A DNA stretch of 64,000 nucleotides from an uncultured Oscillospiraceae bacterium (GTDB lineage: Bacteria; Bacillota; Clostridia; Oscillospirales; Ruminococcaceae). The position numbers were made by a program, and so were the translations under genes. Below the pieces are notes generated by a model. It saw only the letters and a program-made list of their open reading frames with translations, was not told the origin of the DNA and ran no database searches. Location: positions 25,919-89,918 of the forward strand of contig CABUAH010000001.1 in NCBI GenBank assembly GCA_902489475.1. Direction: 5' to 3'. Shown in pieces: positions 35,308-46,024 of the stretch (its first letter is position 1; every line of letters starts with the position of its first letter).

Positions 35308-37281
35308 ATGAGCAAAAAATCAAATAGTTTTAACGCTAAATCAGAAAACACAGCGTTGAAAAGGGAGCGTAAGCGTAATTCGTTGAGCGGGATTAAAGAC
35401 GATGAGCTTACAGGTCTTTTGACTGTCGCTATGCCCAAAAAAGGCAGATCTAATGCAAAAAGTTCCGCTTCGTCAAAACAAAAGCAGGCAGAAGGTACTA
35501 AAAAGCAGACAAAATCATTGCCTGCAAGACAAAAAACAAGCCGTAAGCCGTCAACAGCGACAAATACGAGATCTGCTTCAAAAACTTCACAGAATTCACA
35601 GAGGAAAAATACTCCTAAGCGTTCTACTCCGCTTAAAATAATACCGCTTGGCGGACTTAATGAAATCGGAAAGAATATGACGGTAATAGAATGTGCAAAC
35701 GATATTTTTATTATCGACTGCGGACTTATGTTTCCCGATTCGGAAATGCTAGGCGTTGACCTTGTTTTGCCCGATTACACATATTTAGAGAAAAATGTTG
35801 ACAAGATAAGAGGAATCGTATTAACTCACGGACATGAAGATCATATCGGCGGACTTCCTTATTTCTTAAACAAGATAAATGTTCCTGTTTACGGAACAAG
35901 ACTTACTATCGGACTTGTCGAGGGAAAGCTTAAAGAGGCTGGTCTTTTGGGGAGCGTAAAGCTTTCAGTTGTAAAGCCGGGAGAAACCGTAAAGTTTGGC
36001 TGTATGGCAGTTGAACTTATACGAGTTAATCATTCTATTCCTGACGCTGTAGGTATGGCTATTTTTACGCCTGCCGGAATTTTGGTTCATACTGGTGATT
36101 TCAAAGTCGATTTTACACCTATCGAAGGAGGAACCATTGACCTTGCAAGATTTGCAGAGCTTGGAAACAGAGGTGTTTTGGCTCTTATGTCGGATTCGAC
36201 AAACTCTGAGCGTCCCGGATTTACAATGAGCGAACGCAAGGTCGGAGAAAGCTTCTCAAAGCTTTTTCAAAAAGCTGACGGGAAGAGAATTATAATAGCG
36301 ACTTTTGCTTCTAATATTCATCGTGTACAGCAGATAATCGACCGTGCAATAAAGGACGACAGAAAGGTTGCTGTTTCCGGAAGAAGCATGGTTAACGTAA
36401 TGCAAAAGGGAAGAGAGCTCGGCTATTTAAAATGTCCTGACAATATTTTAATAGATATTGAGGAAATAAATAAATATCCTCCTGAAAAGCTTGTTATAAT
36501 CACAACCGGAAGTCAGGGAGAGCCTATGTCTGCGCTTACAAGAATGGCAAGAAACGAGCATAGACAGGTATCTATAACACCGCTTGATTTTATAATTATT
36601 TCCGCAACGCCTATTCCTGGAAATGAAAAGGGTGTCACGAATGTTGTAAACAGCCTTATGAAGCTCGGTGCAGAGGTAATATACGAATCAATGTATGATG
36701 TACATGTTTCAGGACACGCTTGCCAAGAGGAGCAAAAGATGCTTCTTTCATTGGTAAAGCCGAAGTATTTTATTCCTGTTCACGGCGAGTATAAGCATTT
36801 GTCAAGACATGCACAAACTGCGAATTCTACCGGAATAGATTACAAAAATATAATTATTGCAGATTTGGGAAGCGTCATAGAAACAGATGGCGTTGACATG
36901 AGAATAACGGGTTCGGTAACTGCCGGCAAGGTTTTGGTTGACGGACTCGGCGTCGGAGATGTCGGAGTAATAGTTCTTCGTGACAGAAAGCATTTAGCGG
37001 AGGACGGACTTATAATTGCCGTTGCTGCAATTGACGGTGAAAATCGTACAATTATCTCAGGCCCTGATATAGTATCCCGTGGATTTGTATATGTGAGAGA
37101 AGCGGAGGAGCTTTTAGATGGAGCAAAGGATATATTGTATGACTGCCTCCAGAGCTGCCTTGACCATTCAGTTTATGAATGGAGCGTAATGAAGAACAAA
37201 ATGAAGGAATCGCTTTCAAATTACATTTATCAAAGGACAAAGCGAAGCCCTATGATACTTCCGATAATAATGGAAGTTTAG
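35308..37281 (+). CDS. rnj: Ribonuclease J with a long basic low-complexity N-terminal extension
   Basis: LKIIPLGGLNEIGKNMTVIE...LTHGHEDHIGGLPY...HTGDFK...HVSGHACQEEQK...PVHGEYKH. About 115 K/S/T/R-rich residues precede the metallo-beta-lactamase core. Confidence 0.9.
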   Translation: MSKKSNSFNAKSENTALKRERKRNSLSGIKDDELTGLLTVAMPKKGRSNAKSSASSKQKQAEGTKKQTKSLPARQKTSRKPSTATNTRSASKTSQNSQRKNTPKRSTPLKIIPLGGLNEIGKNMTVIECANDIFIIDCGLMFPDSEMLGVDLVLPDYTYLEKNVDKIRGIVLTHGHEDHIGGLPYFLNKINVPVYGTRLTIGLVEGKLKEAGLLGSVKLSVVKPGETVKFGCMAVELIRVNHSIPDAVGMAIFTPAGILVHTGDFKVDFTPIEGGTIDLARFAELGNRGVLALMSDSTNSERPGFTMSERKVGESFSKLFQKADGKRIIIATFASNIHRVQQIIDRAIKDDRKVAVSGRSMVNVMQKGRELGYLKCPDNILIDIEEINKYPPEKLVIITTGSQGEPMSALTRMARNEHRQVSITPLDFIIISATPIPGNEKGVTNVVNSLMKLGAEVIYESMYDVHVSGHACQEEQKMLLSLVKPKYFIPVHGEYKHLSRHAQTANSTGIDYKNIIIADLGSVIETDGVDMRITGSVTAGKVLVDGLGVGDVGVIVLRDRKHLAEDGLIIAVAAIDGENRTIISGPDIVSRGFVYVREAEELLDGAKDILYDCLQSCLDHSVYEWSVMKNKMKESLSNYIYQRTKRSPMILPIIMEV

Positions 37282-37288
37282 TTTAATT

Positions 37289-37393
37289 CGTAATGCATAA
37301 TGAGTAATGCGTAATTATGAATTGACAGTTGACAATGGAAAATGGATAATTAATTCGGAATGCGGAGTGCGGAATTCGAAATTAATGTATGTA
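37289..37393. repeat. Degenerate 7-nt periodic tract (about 15 heptads)
   Basis: cgtaatg cataatg agtaatg cgtaatt atgaatt gacagtt gacaatg gaaaatg gataatt aattcgg aatgcgg agtgcgg aattcga aattaat gtatgta. Confidence 0.5.
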
Positions 37394-37557
37394 AAAGATT
37401 GAATTTGAGGGTTTTATTATCCGCACATTTTCCTAGAATTGCTCTCAAAAAGCAAAAAATGCAGATGCAAGAAGTTAGAAAATTTGTAATCAGCGAGCAT
37501 TTGAGTTATTATAAATTATTCGGTACATTTTGTTCCGAATAAGGGAGGATTTAAACT

Positions 37558-39543
37558 ATGAAAAAGAAAGCGCAGATACCTTTAATAGCTGCGTTTATGT
37601 TGCTTTGCATATCGGCAGTGTTAACAGCAATTTATATAATTGCCGGAACCAGTGAAAGAAATATAGGAATTGCGTCATTAGTGATTGATGCAATAATGAT
37701 CCTGGTAATCTTGCTGTATTTCTTTGTTTCCGAAAGCCGAAAGCTGAGGTACATTGCGAAGATGTCGCATGATTTAAAGTATACTCAAAGAGAAACTCTT
37801 TACAACTTTCCGGCGCCTGTTTTGATTATAGACAACGACAGAACGGTAGTTTGGGTAAATGATCGTTTTTCAAGGGAACTTTTTGCGGAAAGCGATGCCT
37901 TCGGAATGAAAGTATCTGATTTGTTCTTTGTGAACTTTGATATGATGTTTCATGAGCAGGGAACGGTCGTTAAAATTCACGACAAATATTACGTTGCTAA
38001 GGCTACAAGGCCTGAAAAAGAAGTAAATGGCCTTATAATGATTTATCTGAATGATGAAACTGAATACAGAAAGCTACAGAACGAGCATATGCTTTCGCAT
38101 CCGTCTGTCATGATTATTTCAGTCGATAACTATGACGATGCACTTCAAAATTCAAGAGCGAGTGAAAAAAGTACGATTGTCGGAGAAATCGAAAGGCTCG
38201 TCGAGGATTTTATTGATTCTACAACGGGTATTGCAATAAATATTTCTTCTTCAAGGTTTGTTGTAGTAATTGAAGAAAGGCATTTAAGAAGCTGTATTGA
38301 AAATAAATTCGATATTTTAAATAAGGCGAGAGATATTTTAGTCGGAGGAAGCCAGCCTATAACACTTTCGATCGGAATCGGAAAGGATGCGGTTACTCTT
38401 TCTCAAAGCGAGGCATATGCAAGACAAGCTCTCGATATGTGTTTGGGAAGAGGCGGAGATCAGGTCGCAATCAAAAACGAATCAGGATTTGAGTTTTATG
38501 GCGGAGTTTCAAAGGGATATGAGCGGAGAACAAAGGTCAGAAGCCGTGTAATTGCAAATGCCGTTTCGGAAATTGTAAAAGAATCAGATACAGTATTCGT
38601 AATGGGCCACAAAAACGGCGATCTTGACAGCATAGGTTCAGCAACCGGACTTTGTGCGGCAATAAGGAATTTGGGAAAACAGTCGTTTGTGGTATGTGAT
38701 CTTGAGAATAATCTTGCGACGGTTATGATAAATCACATTAACGCCAACGAAAAGGATACCTACTACATACCGCCGCAAATGGCTATGTCGATAAAAACGG
38801 AAAAAAGCTCGTTGGTTATTGTAGATACGCACAATCCTGATATTTTAGACAGCACTGAGTTTTATAAAATGTTCGATAAAGTAATTGTTATTGATCACCA
38901 CAGAAGAATGGTAAACTCGGTTGACAATGCAGTTATATTTTATAATGAGCCGAATGCTTCATCCGCATCTGAAATGGTAGCAGAGCTTGTGCAATATTTA
39001 TCCGAGAATACCAGACTTGCACCTCACATTGCTGAGAGCTTGCTTGCAGGAATAATGCTCGATACCAAGAATTTTGTCATGAAAACAGGCGTAAGAACTT
39101 TTGAAGCAGCGGCATACTTGAAACGGCAGGGTGCAGATACGATTGCCGTCAAAACAATGTTTGCAACCCCTATTGACACGTATCGGGAGAAGTCAAAGCT
39201 TATAAACGAGGCTGAGATTTACGGCACTTGTGCAATAGCGGTAGGTGATGGCAACAACGATGCAGTTAGGCTTGCAGCAGCACAGGCGGCAGATGAGCTT
39301 TTGGGAATTACAGGAATACAGGCTGCTTTTGTGCTTTATGAAAGCAACGCAATGACTGCAATGAGCGCAAGAAGCATGGGAAATGTAAATGTTCAGGTTA
39401 TTATGGAAGCGCTCGGCGGAGGCGGACATCACAATATGGCAGGAACACAGGTGAATATGAAGCTTAATGCAGCAAAAGAAAAGCTTAAAGAAGTGCTTTC
39501 TGAAAATGTTGAAGGATATTCTGAAAGAGTTAAGGAGAATTAG
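37558..39543 (+). CDS. gdpP: GdpP-type c-di-AMP phosphodiesterase (membrane, PAS-like, degenerate GGDEF, DHH/DHHA1)
   Basis: Two N-terminal transmembrane spans. DHH motifs [12 protein letters not shown] and VIVIDHHRR, plus DHHA1 [10 protein letters not shown]. The conserved gdpP-rplI-dnaB gene order is present. Confidence 0.8.
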   Translation: MKKKAQIPLIAAFMLLCISAVLTAIYIIAGTSERNIGIASLVIDAIMILVILLYFFVSESRKLRYIAKMSHDLKYTQRETLYNFPAPVLIIDNDRTVVWVNDRFSRELFAESDAFGMKVSDLFFVNFDMMFHEQGTVVKIHDKYYVAKATRPEKEVNGLIMIYLNDETEYRKLQNEHMLSHPSVMIISVDNYDDALQNSRASEKSTIVGEIERLVEDFIDSTTGIAINISSSRFVVVIEERHLRSCIENKFDILNKARDILVGGSQPITLSIGIGKDAVTLSQSEAYARQALDMCLGRGGDQVAIKNESGFEFYGGVSKGYERRTKVRSRVIANAVSEIVKESDTVFVMGHKNGDLDSIGSATGLCAAIRNLGKQSFVVCDLENNLATVMINHINANEKDTYYIPPQMAMSIKTEKSSLVIVDTHNPDILDSTEFYKMFDKVIVIDHHRRMVNSVDNAVIFYNEPNASSASEMVAELVQYLSENTRLAPHIAESLLAGIMLDTKNFVMKTGVRTFEAAAYLKRQGADTIAVKTMFATPIDTYREKSKLINEAEIYGTCAIAVGDGNNDAVRLAAAQAADELLGITGIQAAFVLYESNAMTAMSARSMGNVNVQVIMEALGGGGHHNMAGTQVNMKLNAAKEKLKEVLSENVEGYSERVKEN

Positions 39544-39545
39544 AT

Positions 39546-39995
39546 ATGAAGGTTATATTTTTAAAAGACGTAAAAGGATCGGGTAAAGCCGGCGAGATAA
39601 AAAATGTTGCGGACGGATATGCAAGAAATCTTTTGCTTGCAAAAGGACTCGCAGTTGAGGCAACAAACAAAAACTTAAACGAGCTTAAAGGAAAGCAGGA
39701 ATCTGCTCAGCACAAAAAGGATGTTGAAAAAGCGGATAATGAACAGGTGAAGAATGCTTTAAACTCAAAGACGGTAGTAATAAAAGCAAAGGCCGGAAAC
39801 GGAGGAAAGCTTTTCGGTGCAGTTACTCCGGCATTTATAGCGCAGGAGATTGAAAAGCAGTATGGAGTAAAAATAGATAAGAAAAAAATCTCGTTAAAGG
39901 GCGGAGATATAAAAACCTACGGGGATTTTGAAGCAGGAGTAAAACTGACGCAGGGTGTTTCTTTCTCGGTTAAAGTATCAGTTAGTGAAGAATAA
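39546..39995 (+). CDS. rplI: 50S ribosomal protein L9
   Basis: [36 protein letters not shown]. Confidence 0.95.
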   Translation: MKVIFLKDVKGSGKAGEIKNVADGYARNLLLAKGLAVEATNKNLNELKGKQESAQHKKDVEKADNEQVKNALNSKTVVIKAKAGNGGKLFGAVTPAFIAQEIEKQYGVKIDKKKISLKGGDIKTYGDFEAGVKLTQGVSFSVKVSVSEE

Positions 39996-40016
39996 ATCAT
40001 TTGAGGGAAGTATATA

Positions 40017-41360
40017 ATGGATTTTGTATCGGATACAGGTTACTCGCAGCTTCCTGTTAGCTTGGAAGCTGAGCAAACCGTTCTCGGAGGAGTATTAATA
40101 GACTCAAGAACGGCTCTGCCGATAGTAATAGAACGTGTTAAGGCTGACTTTTTCTACAGTGAACAGCATAAGTCTATTTTTGCTATAATGCAGAGGATGT
40201 TTACGTCAAATCAAAATGTCGATATTCTAACTGTTGCAAACGAGGCCCAGAGAATGGGTGTGTTTGAAACGGAGGCAATGGCAAGAACATATCTTAAGGG
40301 AATGGCGGAAAGTGTTCCAAGCGTTTCAAATATCGACAGTTATTGTGACATTTTAGAGGAAAAATACTATTTGCGTTCCTTGATAATTGCATCTAGGGAG
40401 ATAATCGACAATGCACAAAATTCTTCTTTGGATGCAAAAACTCTGCTTGACAGTGCCGAACAGAAAATTTACGATATAAGAAAAGGCAAGGACGCAGAGG
40501 GACTCATAAAAATTGAGAGTATTATTTTGGACTCGTATCAGCATCTTCAGCAGATAACGGGCGAGGATAAGGATAAATATTTAGGTGCTAAAACCGGATT
40601 TTCAAAGCTCGACCAAATTACAAGCGGACTTAACAAATCCGACCTTATTATAGTTGCAGCAAGACCGGGTATGGGAAAATCTGCATTTGCGCTCAATGTC
40701 GCTACTAATATGTGTAAAAGAAGCAATAAGGAAGTTGCGATATTTTCTCTTGAGATGGGTAAGGAGCAGATGGTTACCCGTATGCTTTCGAGCGAATCTT
40801 TAGTCAGCAACGGAGTTTTGCGTTCGGGAAATCTTGAGGTAGAGGACTGGAATAAGCTCGCTGAAGGTGCGGCTTCTCTTTCGGAAATGCCTATATTTAT
40901 TGATGACACGGCAGGAGTTACCGTGCCACAGATGAAAGCAAAGCTTCGACGAATGAGAAATTTGGGACTTGTTGTTATCGACTATCTCCAGCTTATGGAG
41001 AGTGCAAACAAACATTCAAACAGAGTTACCGAGGTTTCGGAGATCACAAGACAGCTAAAGCTAATGGCAAAGGAGCTTAATGTTCCTGTAATATGTCTTT
41101 CACAGCTTGCCAGAGGTCCTGAGAACAGACAGGATCACCGGCCTATGCTCGCCGATTTGCGTGAATCCGGTTCTATCGAGCAGGATGCAGATATTGTTTT
41201 GTTTTTGTACCGTGATGGATATTACAATGAGGAGATTGAAAATCAAAGCGAAGCTGAATGTATAATATCCAAAAACCGACACGGTGAAACGGGAACGGTA
41301 AAGCTTGCATGGCTTGGTGAATACACGCTCTTCAGAAGTCTTGATAACACGGTAAGATAA
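40017..41360 (+). CDS. dnaB: Replicative DNA helicase
   Basis: LEAEQTVLGGVL...ARPGMGKSAFALN...FSLEM...VIDYLQLM...LSQLARGPE...DLRESGSIEQDAD. Confidence 0.95.
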   Translation: MDFVSDTGYSQLPVSLEAEQTVLGGVLIDSRTALPIVIERVKADFFYSEQHKSIFAIMQRMFTSNQNVDILTVANEAQRMGVFETEAMARTYLKGMAESVPSVSNIDSYCDILEEKYYLRSLIIASREIIDNAQNSSLDAKTLLDSAEQKIYDIRKGKDAEGLIKIESIILDSYQHLQQITGEDKDKYLGAKTGFSKLDQITSGLNKSDLIIVAARPGMGKSAFALNVATNMCKRSNKEVAIFSLEMGKEQMVTRMLSSESLVSNGVLRSGNLEVEDWNKLAEGAASLSEMPIFIDDTAGVTVPQMKAKLRRMRNLGLVVIDYLQLMESANKHSNRVTEVSEITRQLKLMAKELNVPVICLSQLARGPENRQDHRPMLADLRESGSIEQDADIVLFLYRDGYYNEEIENQSEAECIISKNRHGETGTVKLAWLGEYTLFRSLDNTVR

Positions 41361-41421
41361 AATTTTACAGCACCGTCTGAATAATTCACTCGGTGCTTAA
41401 TGTGTTTTAAAAGGAGTTTTT

Positions 41422-42750
41422 ATGCTTTTAGATAAAGTATATGAGTTTTTGGTAAAAAACAATATTTTTTCAAGCGGTGACAGAATTCTCGTAGCTTTGT
41501 CGGGAGGTGCTGACAGCACTGCTTTACTTTCTGTTTTATGTTCTCTTAAACAAAAGCTCAGAACGGAAGTATCTGCGCTTCATATGAATCATAATCTTCG
41601 GGGAGAGGAAAGTGTTCGTGATGAGGAATTTTGCAGGGATTTGTGTAAGAAGCTTGGCGTAAAGCTTACGGTCGTAAGTGAGGACGTATCAAGGTTTTGC
41701 AAAGAAAATTCTCTTTCGACCGAAGAGGGAGCAAGAATTCTGCGCTACCGTGCGCTTGAGGGTGAGCCGTGCGACAAGATAGCAACGGCACATACTTTGA
41801 ACGATTCCTTTGAAACCTGCCTTTTTAATCTTGCAAGAGGAACGGCACTCAAGGGCTTGACGGGAATTTCTTGTAAAAGAGGAAAAATAGTGCGTCCGTT
41901 TATTGAGGTCACAAGAGCTGAGATAGAGGAGTATCTTTCACAAATAAATCAGAATTATGTAACCGATTCCACTAATCTGACAAATGATTATAAGCGAAAT
42001 TTTATACGGCATGAGATCGTGCCGAAAATGCTCACGGTAAATCCTAAAGCGCTTGAAAATTTCAAAAATACAGCCAATGCTTTAAACAATGACGAGGAGT
42101 TTTTAAAAAGCTATACGGAGAAAGTGTTTGGAAGCATAAAGCTTGAAAAGGGATACTGTACAGAAAAAATTTTGAAGGAATCTCCTGCTGTTGTAAACCG
42201 AATAGCTGCGATGATTTTAAATGAGAATGATATAGAAGTAAGTACAAATCGCATAAACGATTTAAAATGTACGATGGTAAAGGGGAAAAAAATAAATCTT
42301 TTAAAGAATGTGTACAGCTTCCTCAATGCAAACGGAAATTTAACAGTCGGAGAGAGCGAGGAGCTTTCTTGGATTGCTGTCGAGAAAAGCATAGAGTTAA
42401 ATAAAGCGGAAGATTTTTTTGATAAGAGAGTGTTAATTAAAACGTCATGTGAAAATGAATTTAATACATTGTTCACAATGTTTGAACTGGACTGTGATAA
42501 AATTAAAGGCAGCATTGTTTTAAGGAACCGAAAAAGCGGGGACAAGGTGAAGTTTTTGCGTCATCAGCATACAACGCTTTTAAAAAAAGCGTACAGCAGT
42601 AAATTAGAACCGCAGCAAAGGATAAATAATGTTATTTTGAGCGACAGCGAGGGAATAATATTTGTTGAGAATTTTTCAGTAGCAGATAGAGTTCGGGTGG
42701 ATGAAAACACAAAAAACAAAGCTTATGTTATAATTGAAAAGAATTGGTAA
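41422..42750 (+). CDS. tilS: tRNA(Ile)-lysidine synthetase
   Basis: The PP-loop ILVALSGGADSTALL, and ATAHTLNDSFET. Confidence 0.85.
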   Translation: MLLDKVYEFLVKNNIFSSGDRILVALSGGADSTALLSVLCSLKQKLRTEVSALHMNHNLRGEESVRDEEFCRDLCKKLGVKLTVVSEDVSRFCKENSLSTEEGARILRYRALEGEPCDKIATAHTLNDSFETCLFNLARGTALKGLTGISCKRGKIVRPFIEVTRAEIEEYLSQINQNYVTDSTNLTNDYKRNFIRHEIVPKMLTVNPKALENFKNTANALNNDEEFLKSYTEKVFGSIKLEKGYCTEKILKESPAVVNRIAAMILNENDIEVSTNRINDLKCTMVKGKKINLLKNVYSFLNANGNLTVGESEELSWIAVEKSIELNKAEDFFDKRVLIKTSCENEFNTLFTMFELDCDKIKGSIVLRNRKSGDKVKFLRHQHTTLLKKAYSSKLEPQQRINNVILSDSEGIIFVENFSVADRVRVDENTKNKAYVIIEKNW

Positions 42751-42885
42751 CAAATATCATATGATTATCACAATAATATATTATATTGAGCGTGGCGATT
42801 TTGCCGATGAGTTAGATAATCCGATTTGTTTATTAAAACGAAAAATTATTATGTGAATAAATGAAATAGAAAAAGGAGTGGAAAG

Positions 42886-44775
42886 ATGAAAGGTAACAAA
42901 AACAAAAGCTTACTTGTATATCTTTTAGTTTCAGCCGCTGTGATTTTCGGACTTGTATTTTTACTTAATAACATTTCAAGTCCTAAAAACAGTGATGTAA
43001 AGTATTCGGAGGTTTTGGCGCAATTCGATGAACTTAAGGTTTCGGAATTTGAACTTGATCTCGGAAGCGGAGAGCTTAAGTATACTCTTAAAGACGACGA
43101 CGTTTCAAAGCTCCGTTCGGGACAGTATGCGCATACTTATAAAGTGCCGTCGGTAACTGCTTTTTACAACAGATTGTTTAATGAGAGCTATGACTATCAG
43201 AAGCTTTATAATGCAGAAAACGAAGATAAACCTTTGAAGATGAATATGATAGAGGTTAAGGATAATAGCTTTTGGTTAAGTCTTTTGCCTACAATTTTGA
43301 TTCTGGGATCAATGATCTTGCTGTTTGTGCTTATGATGAAAAGTCAGGGGAGCGGTAAAATCGGTGGATTCGGAAAATCAAATGCCAAGCATCATTTAAA
43401 TACGGGGAAGAAGGCTACCTTTGCTGATGTTGCGGGAGCTGATGAGGAAAAGGAAGAGCTTAAGGAGATAGTAGATTTCCTTAAAAATCCTAAAAAGTTT
43501 GATGCAATCGGCGCAAGAGTTCCTAAGGGAGTTTTGCTTATGGGACCTCCGGGAACAGGTAAAACCCTTTTGGCGAGAGCAGTTGCAGGAGAAGCGGGAG
43601 TGCCGTTTTTCTCAATTTCAGGTTCTGATTTCGTTGAAATGTTTGTCGGTGTCGGAGCTTCAAGGGTAAGAGATCTTTTCGGAGAGGCAAAGAAAAATGC
43701 ACCTGCTATCATATTTATAGACGAGATTGATGCGGTAGGACGTCAAAGAGGAGCAGGACTCGGCGGCGGACATGATGAAAGAGAGCAGACTTTAAACCAG
43801 CTCCTTGTTGAAATGGACGGATTTGCTGGTAATGAAGGAATTATAGTTATGGCGGCAACAAACCGACGTGACATTCTTGATCCTGCGCTTTTGCGTCCGG
43901 GTAGATTTGACAGGCAAATTTTAGTTTCTTATCCTGATGTAAAGGGAAGAGAAGAGATATTAAAGGTCCATGCAAAGAACAAACCGTTAGCTCCTGATGT
44001 TGATCTTAAGACTATTGCCAAAACAACAGTCGGATTTACGGGAGCTGACCTTGAAAACCTTATAAATGAAGCGAGCCTTTTGGCTGCTAGAAACAACAGG
44101 AAAGCGATAACAAAGGAGGATATGGAGGAAGCGTCCATTAAAGTTATTGCAGGACCTGAGAAGAAGTCAAAGGTAGTTACGGAAAACGAAAAGAAGCTTA
44201 CCTCTTATCACGAAGCAGGTCATGCGATCTGCACATATTATTGCAGCTCTCAGGATAAGGTTCATCAGGTTTCTATTATCCCAAGAGGAATGGCAGGAGG
44301 ATATACCCTTTCGCTGCCTGAAAAGGATAAATCCTTTGTTTCTAAGAATGAGATGAGAGAAAATATAGTCGTTTTACTTGGCGGACGAGTAGCTGAAAAA
44401 ATTGTTTTAGACGATATTTCAACAGGTGCATCAAATGACCTTGAAAGAGCTACTTCGACTGCAAGAGATATGGTTACACGGTACGGATTTTCCGATAATC
44501 TCGGTCCTGTGGTTTACGGACATGATGAGTCGCAGGTTTTCTTAGGAAGAGATTATGCCGGAGGAAATCATTATTCCGAGGCTATAGCCGCTCAGATAGA
44601 TAACGAGATAAGAGATCTTATAGAAAGCTGTTTTGAGGACGCTGAAAAGCTGTTAAGAGAGCATATCGACAAGCTCCACGATGTTGCAAGATACCTGTTT
44701 ACGCATGAGAAGATTGACGGAAACGAGTTTGAAGCAATAATGGAAGGAACGCTTTCTGCTGATAATGAAGAATAG
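42886..44775 (+). CDS. ftsH: ATP-dependent zinc metalloprotease FtsH
   Basis: [23 protein letters not shown]...[11 protein letters not shown]...the zinc site HEAGHAI. Confidence 0.95.
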   Translation: MKGNKNKSLLVYLLVSAAVIFGLVFLLNNISSPKNSDVKYSEVLAQFDELKVSEFELDLGSGELKYTLKDDDVSKLRSGQYAHTYKVPSVTAFYNRLFNESYDYQKLYNAENEDKPLKMNMIEVKDNSFWLSLLPTILILGSMILLFVLMMKSQGSGKIGGFGKSNAKHHLNTGKKATFADVAGADEEKEELKEIVDFLKNPKKFDAIGARVPKGVLLMGPPGTGKTLLARAVAGEAGVPFFSISGSDFVEMFVGVGASRVRDLFGEAKKNAPAIIFIDEIDAVGRQRGAGLGGGHDEREQTLNQLLVEMDGFAGNEGIIVMAATNRRDILDPALLRPGRFDRQILVSYPDVKGREEILKVHAKNKPLAPDVDLKTIAKTTVGFTGADLENLINEASLLAARNNRKAITKEDMEEASIKVIAGPEKKSKVVTENEKKLTSYHEAGHAICTYYCSSQDKVHQVSIIPRGMAGGYTLSLPEKDKSFVSKNEMRENIVVLLGGRVAEKIVLDDISTGASNDLERATSTARDMVTRYGFSDNLGPVVYGHDESQVFLGRDYAGGNHYSEAIAAQIDNEIRDLIESCFEDAEKLLREHIDKLHDVARYLFTHEKIDGNEFEAIMEGTLSADNEE

Positions 44776-44798
44776 ATAGACTCACGATAATTTAACAG

Positions 44799-44823
44799 GG
44801 CGGACAGATCAGTCCGCCTTTTG
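44799..44823 (+). terminator. Rho-independent terminator after ftsH
   Basis: A ggcggac-agatca-gtccgcc hairpin followed by tttt. Confidence 0.65.
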
Positions 44824-44849
44824 CTTTGCGGTTATAATTTCGGAATGCC

Positions 44850-44878
44850 TTTACAATTTACAAAAACTGTGCTAGAAT
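44850..44878 (+). promoter_or_regulatory. Sigma-A promoter upstream of metA
   Basis: TTTACA (44850-55), a 17-nt spacer and TAGAAT (44873-78), with a TGn extended -10 (tgc). Confidence 0.45.
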
Positions 44879-44913
44879 ATCAATATTCCCCAAAATAGAA
44901 AGGAGTGAGGATT

Positions 44914-45831
44914 ATGCCTATTAAAATACCAAACGGGCTTCCTGCGTTTAAAACGCTTGCTGAGGACAGAATTATGGTCATTGATGACGAAAGAGCAACT
45001 CATCAGGATATAAGACCGCTTGAAATAGCAATCCTCAATCTTATGCCGAAAAAGATTGAAACCGAAACACAGCTTTTAAGGCTTTTGAGCAATACGCCTT
45101 TACAAATAAATATCGAGCTTTTACAGACGGCGAGCCATGATTCAAAAAATACGCCTCAAGAGCATATGTTTAAGTTTTATACAACCTTCGATAAAATAAA
45201 GTATAGATATTTTGACGGACTTATAATAACAGGAGCTCCGGTTGAACAGATTGAATTTGAGGATGTGGATTACTGGAACGAGTTGTGCGAGATAATGGAA
45301 TGGAGCAAATCTCACGTTTATTCCACAATACATATTTGTTGGGGTGCACAGGCAGGACTTTTTTATCATTACGGTATAAAAAAGTATCCGCTTGACAAAA
45401 AGATGTTCGGAGTTTTTAAGCATAAGGTTTTAAATCCAAGACATCCTATTCTAAACGGATTTGACGATATATTTTTGGTGCCTCATTCAAGACATACTGA
45501 GGTTAGAAGAAGTGACATTGAAAAAATACCTGAGCTTGAAATACTTGCGGAATCGGATGCTGCGGGAATTGACATTGTCGGAGATAAGTCGATGAGAAGA
45601 TTCTTTATCTTCGGACACCGTGAATACGATAAGAGAACATTGGCAAACGAGTATTTCAGAGATTTAGAAAAAGGGCTGCCGATAGATATTCCGATTAATT
45701 ATTTTCCTGATGATAATCCAAATAATAAACCTCTTCATACGTGGATTTGTCACGCAAACTTAATGTTTTCAAACTGGCTCAATTTCATAGTATATCCGGG
45801 AACGCCGTTTGATTTGACAGAAATAAAGTAA
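44914..45831 (+). CDS. metA: Homoserine O-acyltransferase (MetA family)
   Basis: [11 protein letters not shown]...[20 protein letters not shown]...GLIITGAP...[13 protein letters not shown] lies 8 nt upstream of the ATG at 44914. Confidence 0.9.
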   Translation: MPIKIPNGLPAFKTLAEDRIMVIDDERATHQDIRPLEIAILNLMPKKIETETQLLRLLSNTPLQINIELLQTASHDSKNTPQEHMFKFYTTFDKIKYRYFDGLIITGAPVEQIEFEDVDYWNELCEIMEWSKSHVYSTIHICWGAQAGLFYHYGIKKYPLDKKMFGVFKHKVLNPRHPILNGFDDIFLVPHSRHTEVRRSDIEKIPELEILAESDAAGIDIVGDKSMRRFFIFGHREYDKRTLANEYFRDLEKGLPIDIPINYFPDDNPNNKPLHTWICHANLMFSNWLNFIVYPGTPFDLTEIK

Positions 45832-45840
45832 GTTATGTAA

Positions 45841-45871
45841 AACAGTCGAGATTTTTTTCGGCTGTTTTTTT
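45841..45871 (+). terminator. Rho-independent terminator after metA
   Basis: An aacagtcg/cggctgtt stem (one G-U pair) followed by a T run at 45867-45871. Confidence 0.65.
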
Positions 45872-45927
45872 ATGCTGTAAAATACAAAAGTCAAAGATAA
45901 CTTCTTGTATTTTGTAAAAAGCCGCCT

Positions 45928-45960
45928 TTGACAAAATTCTTTTATACATCGGTTTATAAT
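45928..45960 (+). promoter_or_regulatory. Candidate spoIIE promoter with a 21-nt spacer
   Basis: TTGACA (45928-33) and TATAAT (45955-60) are separated by 21 nt. TTTGACA overlapping the -35 is one mismatch from a reverse 0A box (TTCGACA). Confidence 0.35.
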
Positions 45961-46024
45961 AAAAATAGCTTTCCGCATAAAGAGAAAAAAACGGAAAAAT
46001 TTTAAAAAGACAGGTGTGTAGGAA

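Noticed and set aside
37360-37542. A 60-codon plus-strand ORF in the rnj-gdpP spacer
   Set aside because: It starts inside the heptad-repeat tract, has no RBS, and its sequence is not protein-like.
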